From: an uncultured Chloroflexia bacterium | GTDB lineage: Bacteria; Chloroflexota; Dehalococcoidia; DSTF01; JALHUB01 | DNA length: 64,000 nucleotides | Assembly (NCBI GenBank): GCA_963835655.1 | Contig: CAWIGJ010000003.1 | Coordinates: 1,314,281 to 1,378,280, forward strand | Direction of reading: 5' to 3' | Shown here: one piece after another, positions 59,405 through 64,000 of the stretch | How the letters are laid out: every line of letters starts with the position of its first letter | Numbering within the stretch: the first letter of the stretch is position 1 | Notes under the pieces: generated by a model | Seen by the model: the letters and a program-made list of their open reading frames with translations, nothing else | Told to the model about the DNA's origin: nothing | The model's database searches: none | Translations under genes and position numbers: made by a program

Positions 59405-62400
59405 ATGATGAGGATAGAAGACCCATTCAAGCCGATGAATCGCGGCAGGGCGAGGATTGGCCTGGCGGTTGTCCTCGGCTCGGCGATGATGCTGGCGCTG
59501 GGGCTGCTGATCATCCCCTGGCGGGGTAATTCAGCTCCCGACCTGGCACTGGCCACTACCGGCCAGACCGTTACCTGGACCGGGAACGGAACCAATAACG
59601 GCTACTGCAGCAGCTTCCAAAGCGACCCCGACCTTCATCCCGCGGCCGGTCAGCAGGGTTGGCTGTTCATCCTCACGTCTCCGAACAGCCCCGGTCTGGA
59701 CGCTCACGGCAAACTTCAACCCTGACGGGACGAAGTCCGGGTCCGTCATTTCTAGCGGTGGATCAATCCACTTTGCAGTTTACACCTCCGCCGGTGCGAA
59801 GCTACTTTCCGCTTCGGCTACGAACGGCACAGACAACAGCGTTCTCACCGTCAGTCACTGTGAACTGGGCGCGACGCCGACGGCGTCGCCGCCCACGGTC
59901 ACCAAGACCGCCACTGGCAGCTACGATGACACCTACTCCTGGACGATCGACAAGAAGGTCGACAAGACGGAGATCGACGGGTCCGGCGGCGGCTCGGCTA
60001 CCTTCCACTACACGGTGTCGGTCGACAAAGGCAAAAGCGTGGACAGCAACGTGCAGGTGAAGGGCACCATCACCGTCACCAACCCGAACTCCGCCAGCGT
60101 GACGCTCGATAGTATCACTGACGTGTGGGACAGCACTGGCACGTCTGTCACGTGTAGTGTGACGGGCGGCTTGACTATCGGACCGGGGAACACCACTTTC
60201 CCGTACGTGTGCAACCTCAGCAGTCTGCCAACGTCCGACAAATACAACAAAGTCACCATCAAATGGTCGACGCAGTCCGTCGGCGGCTCAAGCCTCTCCG
60301 GCGGCTCAGACGACGACTCCGTAAAGGTCGATGAGTGCGACTTCAAGGCGCATGAGATCAACGACTGCGTCAACGTGAGCGACTCACTCAAAGGCACCCT
60401 GGGCAGCAATGTGTGCTCAGACAAGACGTTCAGCACATACTCGGAGACCTTCACTATCCCCCAGTACGGCTGCCAGACGTACCCCAACACGGCCACATTC
60501 ACCTCCACCGACACGAGCTTGACCGGCTCGGCCAGCCAGAGCGTGAAGGCCTGCAGCCCGCTGGCGAAGGACCTTACGGTTACCAAGACCGCGACGCCCT
60601 CATTCACGCGCACCTATGCCTGGGGCATCACCAAGGGTGTCGACAAGCCGGAGATCGACATAGCCCAGGGCGGCAGCGCCACCTTCAACTACAACGTAAA
60701 CGTGACCCACGACTCCGGCACTGACAGCGCCTGGCAGGTCTCCGGCACGATCACTGTCAGCAACCCCAACAGCGGCGAGGCGATCACCGCGGACGTGACG
60801 GATGCTGTGGGCGACGGCGGGACTTGCGTGGTCACGGGCGGCACGGGCGTGTCGATACCGAAAAGCGGCAGCGTGACGCTGAACTACACCTGCACCTACG
60901 CCTCGGCCCCGAGCCCGAGCAGCGGCACGAACACCGCCACCGCGACCTGGGACAAGGCGGCCTACTTCACGCCGGACGGCTCGGCGAAAGGCACGCATAC
61001 GTTCAACTTCGGCCCGGTGAGCCCGACGATCGTTAACGGCAGCGTGACGGTGACCGACACTCTCGGCGGATCCCTGGGCACGGTTACTTACACCGACTCC
61101 AGCCCGAAGACGTTCACCTATTCCCACACGTTCACGGGCGATCCGGCCGGTACCTGCACCACACACGACAACACGGCAAAGATTGTCGAGACCAACCAGT
61201 CTGACGGCAAGACAGTCACGGTGTGCGTCGGAGCTGACCTCACGGTCGCCAAGACCGCGACGCCATCATTCACGCGCACCTTCAAATGGGGCATCACCAA
61301 GGGTGTCGACAAGCCGGAGATCGACATACCCCAGGGCGGCAGCGCCACCTTCAACTACACCGTGGATGTAACCCACGACAACGGCACTGACAGCGCCTGG
61401 CAGGTCTCCGGCACGATCAAGGTCACCAACCCCAACGGCTGGGAGGCGATCACCGCGAACGTGACCGACGCCGTAGATAACAGCGGGGATTGTGTGGTCA
61501 CGGGCGGCACGGGCGTGTCGATACCCGCAGCCGGTAGTGTGAATCTGAACTACACCTGCACTTACGCCTCCGCCCCGAGCCCGAGTGACGGCACGAACAC
61601 CGCCACCGCGACCTGGGACAAGACGACCTACTTCACGCCGGACGGCTGGGCGAAAGGCACGCATACGTTCGACTTCGCCTCTGTGAGCCCGACGATTGTC
61701 GACGGCAGCGTGACAGTGACCGACACTCCTTACGGATCCCTGGGCACGGTCTCCTACACCGACTCGAGCCCGAAAGAGATCCCGTATTCGGAGACGTTCA
61801 GCGAGGATCAGGCCGGTACCTGCACCCTGCACCCCAACACTGCCAGCTTCACCACCAACACCACGAGCACGAAGGGCTCGGACGGCAAGACAGTGAAGGT
61901 GTGCGTCGGTGAAGACCTCACGGTCGAGAAGGACGCAACGCCGTCATTCACGCGCACCTACACCTGGGACATCGCCAAGGCGGTCGTTCCGCCGGAGATA
62001 GACACATTCACGGGCGGCCTCGCCACCTTCGACTACACCGTGACGGTGACCCACGACGCTGGCACTGACAGCCACTGGCAGGTCGACGGCACGATCACTG
62101 TCACCAACCCCAACGACTGGGAGGCGATCACCGCGGACGTGGCCGACGCCGTAGATAACGGCGGCGACTGTGTGGTCACGGGCGGCACGAACGTGTCGGT
62201 AGACGCAAGCGACAGCGTGACGCTGAACTACTCCTGCACCTACGCCTTGGCCCCTAACCCGAGCGACGGCACGAACACCGCCACCGCGACCTGGGACAAG
62301 GCGGCCTACTCCACGCCGAAAGACTCAGCGACAGGAACGGCTGAGGCCAACTTCGGCCCGGTCAGCCCGACGATTGTCGACGGCAGCGTGACGGTGACCG

Positions 62401-62903
62401 ACAGTCTTGAGGGATCGCTGGGCACGGTCTCCTACACCGACTCGAGCCCGAAGGAGTTCACGTATCCGTACACATTCATCGGCGGTGCGGCCGGCACCTG
62501 CGCCCTACACCCCAACACTGCCAGCTTCACCACCAACACTACGGACACGACGGGCTCGGACGGCGCGACCGCGACCGTTTGCGTTCCTACCGGAACACCC
62601 GGAACGCCCATCACGACCATCACCATCACCATTCCTAACATCCCTGGCGGCCCCGGCAACTTTACGCTGCCTTCCAACCAGACAGTCGCCCCTCCGCCGG
62701 CGCCGACGCCCTTTAGTCAGGTCTCACCTGCCGAAGTGGCGAAGCAGCCGCAGGTAGTGGGGCCGAGCACCGGCTATCCGGCTGACCGGCATGGCTCCTC
62801 GAACGGGCTGCTGGCGCTGGCGATCCTATCGTCGGTTGTCGGCATCTCCCTGGCGATCACCGGATTCACGATTGCCAGAAAACGCCGCGAGGCGAGGCGC
62901 TAG
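59405..62903 (+). CDS. Large Thr/Ser-rich repetitive surface protein (adhesin-like) with a sortase-type C-terminus; one frameshift near 59695
   Basis: Signal peptide in the frame from 59405; continues in a shifted frame as WTLTANFNPDG... into the 60015-62903 ORF; four ~225-aa repeats; GPSTG, TM helix and RKRR tail. Confidence 0.82.
59892..62585 (+). repeat. Intragenic tandem repeats of ~666-678 bp (units begin near 59892, 60570, 61236, 61914)
   Basis: Recurrent DLTV.K.ATPSFTRT..W.I.K; units 2-4 share long identical DNA tracts, unit 1 is divergent. Confidence 0.88.
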
Positions 62904-62930
62904 TGTAGCGGCAACGCAACTTCAGGTCAC

Positions 62931-62968
62931 AAGTATCAGGCCCGACGTTTCCGTCGGGCCTGATACTT
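62931..62968. terminator. Long perfect hairpin between convergent genes
   Basis: AAGTATCAGGCCCGACG-TTTC-CGTCGGGCCTGATACTT. Confidence 0.8.
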
Positions 62969-62989
62969 ACTTCCTCTTAGGCCGGCCGG

Positions 62990-63481
62990 TTAGTAGATGA
63001 GGCTCGTGCCGCGCTGCGTCGCTACCAGCTTGCCTTCGGCGTTGCGATAGCTCGACTCCGTCGTCATGATCAGCATCTTCCCCAGGCTTGACGCCCGTTC
63101 CTGGAGGTCGACCACCTTGCTGACGCGTTTTAGGACGTCGCCGGCGCAGACCTCTTCGCCGTAGTACTCGAACTCCGTCCCGCCGTTCAACGCGCGCCTC
63201 ACCTTCATGCCCGGCAGCAGGCGGGCGGCCGACGGAGTGCTTGCGCCGCTGGCATCTCCCTCCGGAATGTAGATAGGCTGTCCCAGAAAGCCCGGCGGCG
63301 CCACGATGTTGCGATGTCCCTTGCTCTTCGCGAAGGCCTCGTCATAGTAGGCCAGGTCGGTGTGGCCGACCGCGCGAGCAAACCAGCGAATCGTCGTCTT
63401 GTCGACTTCGAGGAGAGAAGGCTCGCTTTCCTTGCCAATCGCTGCCCGCATTTCGTCCGTGATCAGTGATTCTTCAGCCAT
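62990..63481 (-). CDS. MaoC-family dehydratase, N-terminal (hot-dog fold) subunit
   Basis: IRWFARAVG...APPGF, LNGGTEFEY, AGDVL. Confidence 0.88.
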   Translation of the reverse strand: MAEESLITDEMRAAIGKESEPSLLEVDKTTIRWFARAVGHTDLAYYDEAFAKSKGHRNIVAPPGFLGQPIYIPEGDASGASTPSAARLLPGMKVRRALNGGTEFEYYGEEVCAGDVLKRVSKVVDLQERASSLGKMLIMTTESSYRNAEGKLVATQRGTSLIY

Positions 63482-63511
63482 GGCGACTGTCCTCCAACTA
63501 ACGCCCGCGTC

Positions 63512-63943
63512 TCAGGAAAGGCCCCAGGATATGAACTTCTCCGGCTTCAGTCTGATGAAAGCAGCGCTCGCCGGCGCCTCGGTCGGCAGCCGCTCCTCCG
63601 GCGTGCCGCGCTGCCTGGCCATCTCTCGCACGAGAGGCAGGACCTCATCCGGCGCCCTGATCACCTCAGCCGTTCCCTGAATCATCACACCCTTGATGTC
63701 TTGCATCGTGTGGCCTGCCTCCACCAGCGCGCTGAAACGCGGGTTGCGCTCGACGTTGATCGCTCTTTGCGTCCTGGCGCGCGACCCGACGAAGAACTCG
63801 TCGCCGCGGCGGAGGTAGCTGAGGGGAACGGAGTGGGGATACCCGTTCTTGCCGACGGTGGATAGGATTAGCCAGCCGGGGTGACTATCCAGGAACTTGT
63901 AGGCTTCTTCCTTGCTGGCAGCCGTTGTCATCGGAGCCCTCAC
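63512..63943 (-). CDS. Pyridoxamine 5'-phosphate oxidase-like (split beta-barrel) protein
   Basis: LSTVGKNGYPHSVP, INVERNPR, GVMIQGTAE, LKPEKFISW. Confidence 0.88.
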   Translation of the reverse strand: MRAPMTTAASKEEAYKFLDSHPGWLILSTVGKNGYPHSVPLSYLRRGDEFFVGSRARTQRAINVERNPRFSALVEAGHTMQDIKGVMIQGTAEVIRAPDEVLPLVREMARQRGTPEERLPTEAPASAAFIRLKPEKFISWGLS

Positions 63944-64000
63944 TTTCCTTCGGTGGCCGGCGGGTTTTGAGGCGGTCGCGCGCTCTCACCCTGCGCAAAG

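Noticed and set aside
60570-62585. Near-identical DNA repeats as a CRISPR array or DGR template/variable repeat
   Set aside because: They are in-frame ~670-bp protein domains with no spacers, and there is no cas or reverse transcriptase gene in the window.

Overview
A GC-rich bacterial chromosomal window. Gene content (NrpR, archaellin, YLPLV-repeat exoprotein, Firmicutes/Actinobacteria-type SUF cluster, GAAC-N4-GTTC-like SOS box) suggests Chloroflexota, probably Dehalococcoidia; this is inferred, not tested. Core genes: pyrD (3' end), tRNA-Pro(TGG), tRNA-Arg(CCG), comM, infC-rpmI-rplT, hypAFCDE, gdhA-nrpR, satP, sufCBD-Rieske-sufS-sufU-sufT, cobB, treT-like and fdhE. Accessory genes: efflux systems, an orphan glycyl-radical enzyme, an SPL-like radical SAM gene, lipoproteins and sortase-type surface proteins. 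Highlights: (1) a stand-alone archaeal-type flagellin (archaellin) with a structured 5' leader; (2) a c-di-GMP-I riboswitch with terminator controlling a large repetitive adhesin-like gene; (3) a near-consensus sigma-28 promoter; (4) a Cys-rich PadR regulator heading an arsM operon, a candidate non-ArsR arsenic sensor; (5) an in-frame MarR-MMPL fusion; (6) a glycyl-radical enzyme with KVSGY in place of RVxGY and no activase in the window; (7) a pseudopilin-like protein lacking a prepilin leader. Two clear frameshifts (~3945 and ~59695) may be assembly indels. I saw no CRISPR array, rRNA, transposase or integrase. All calls come from reading motifs by eye; no database searches were run.
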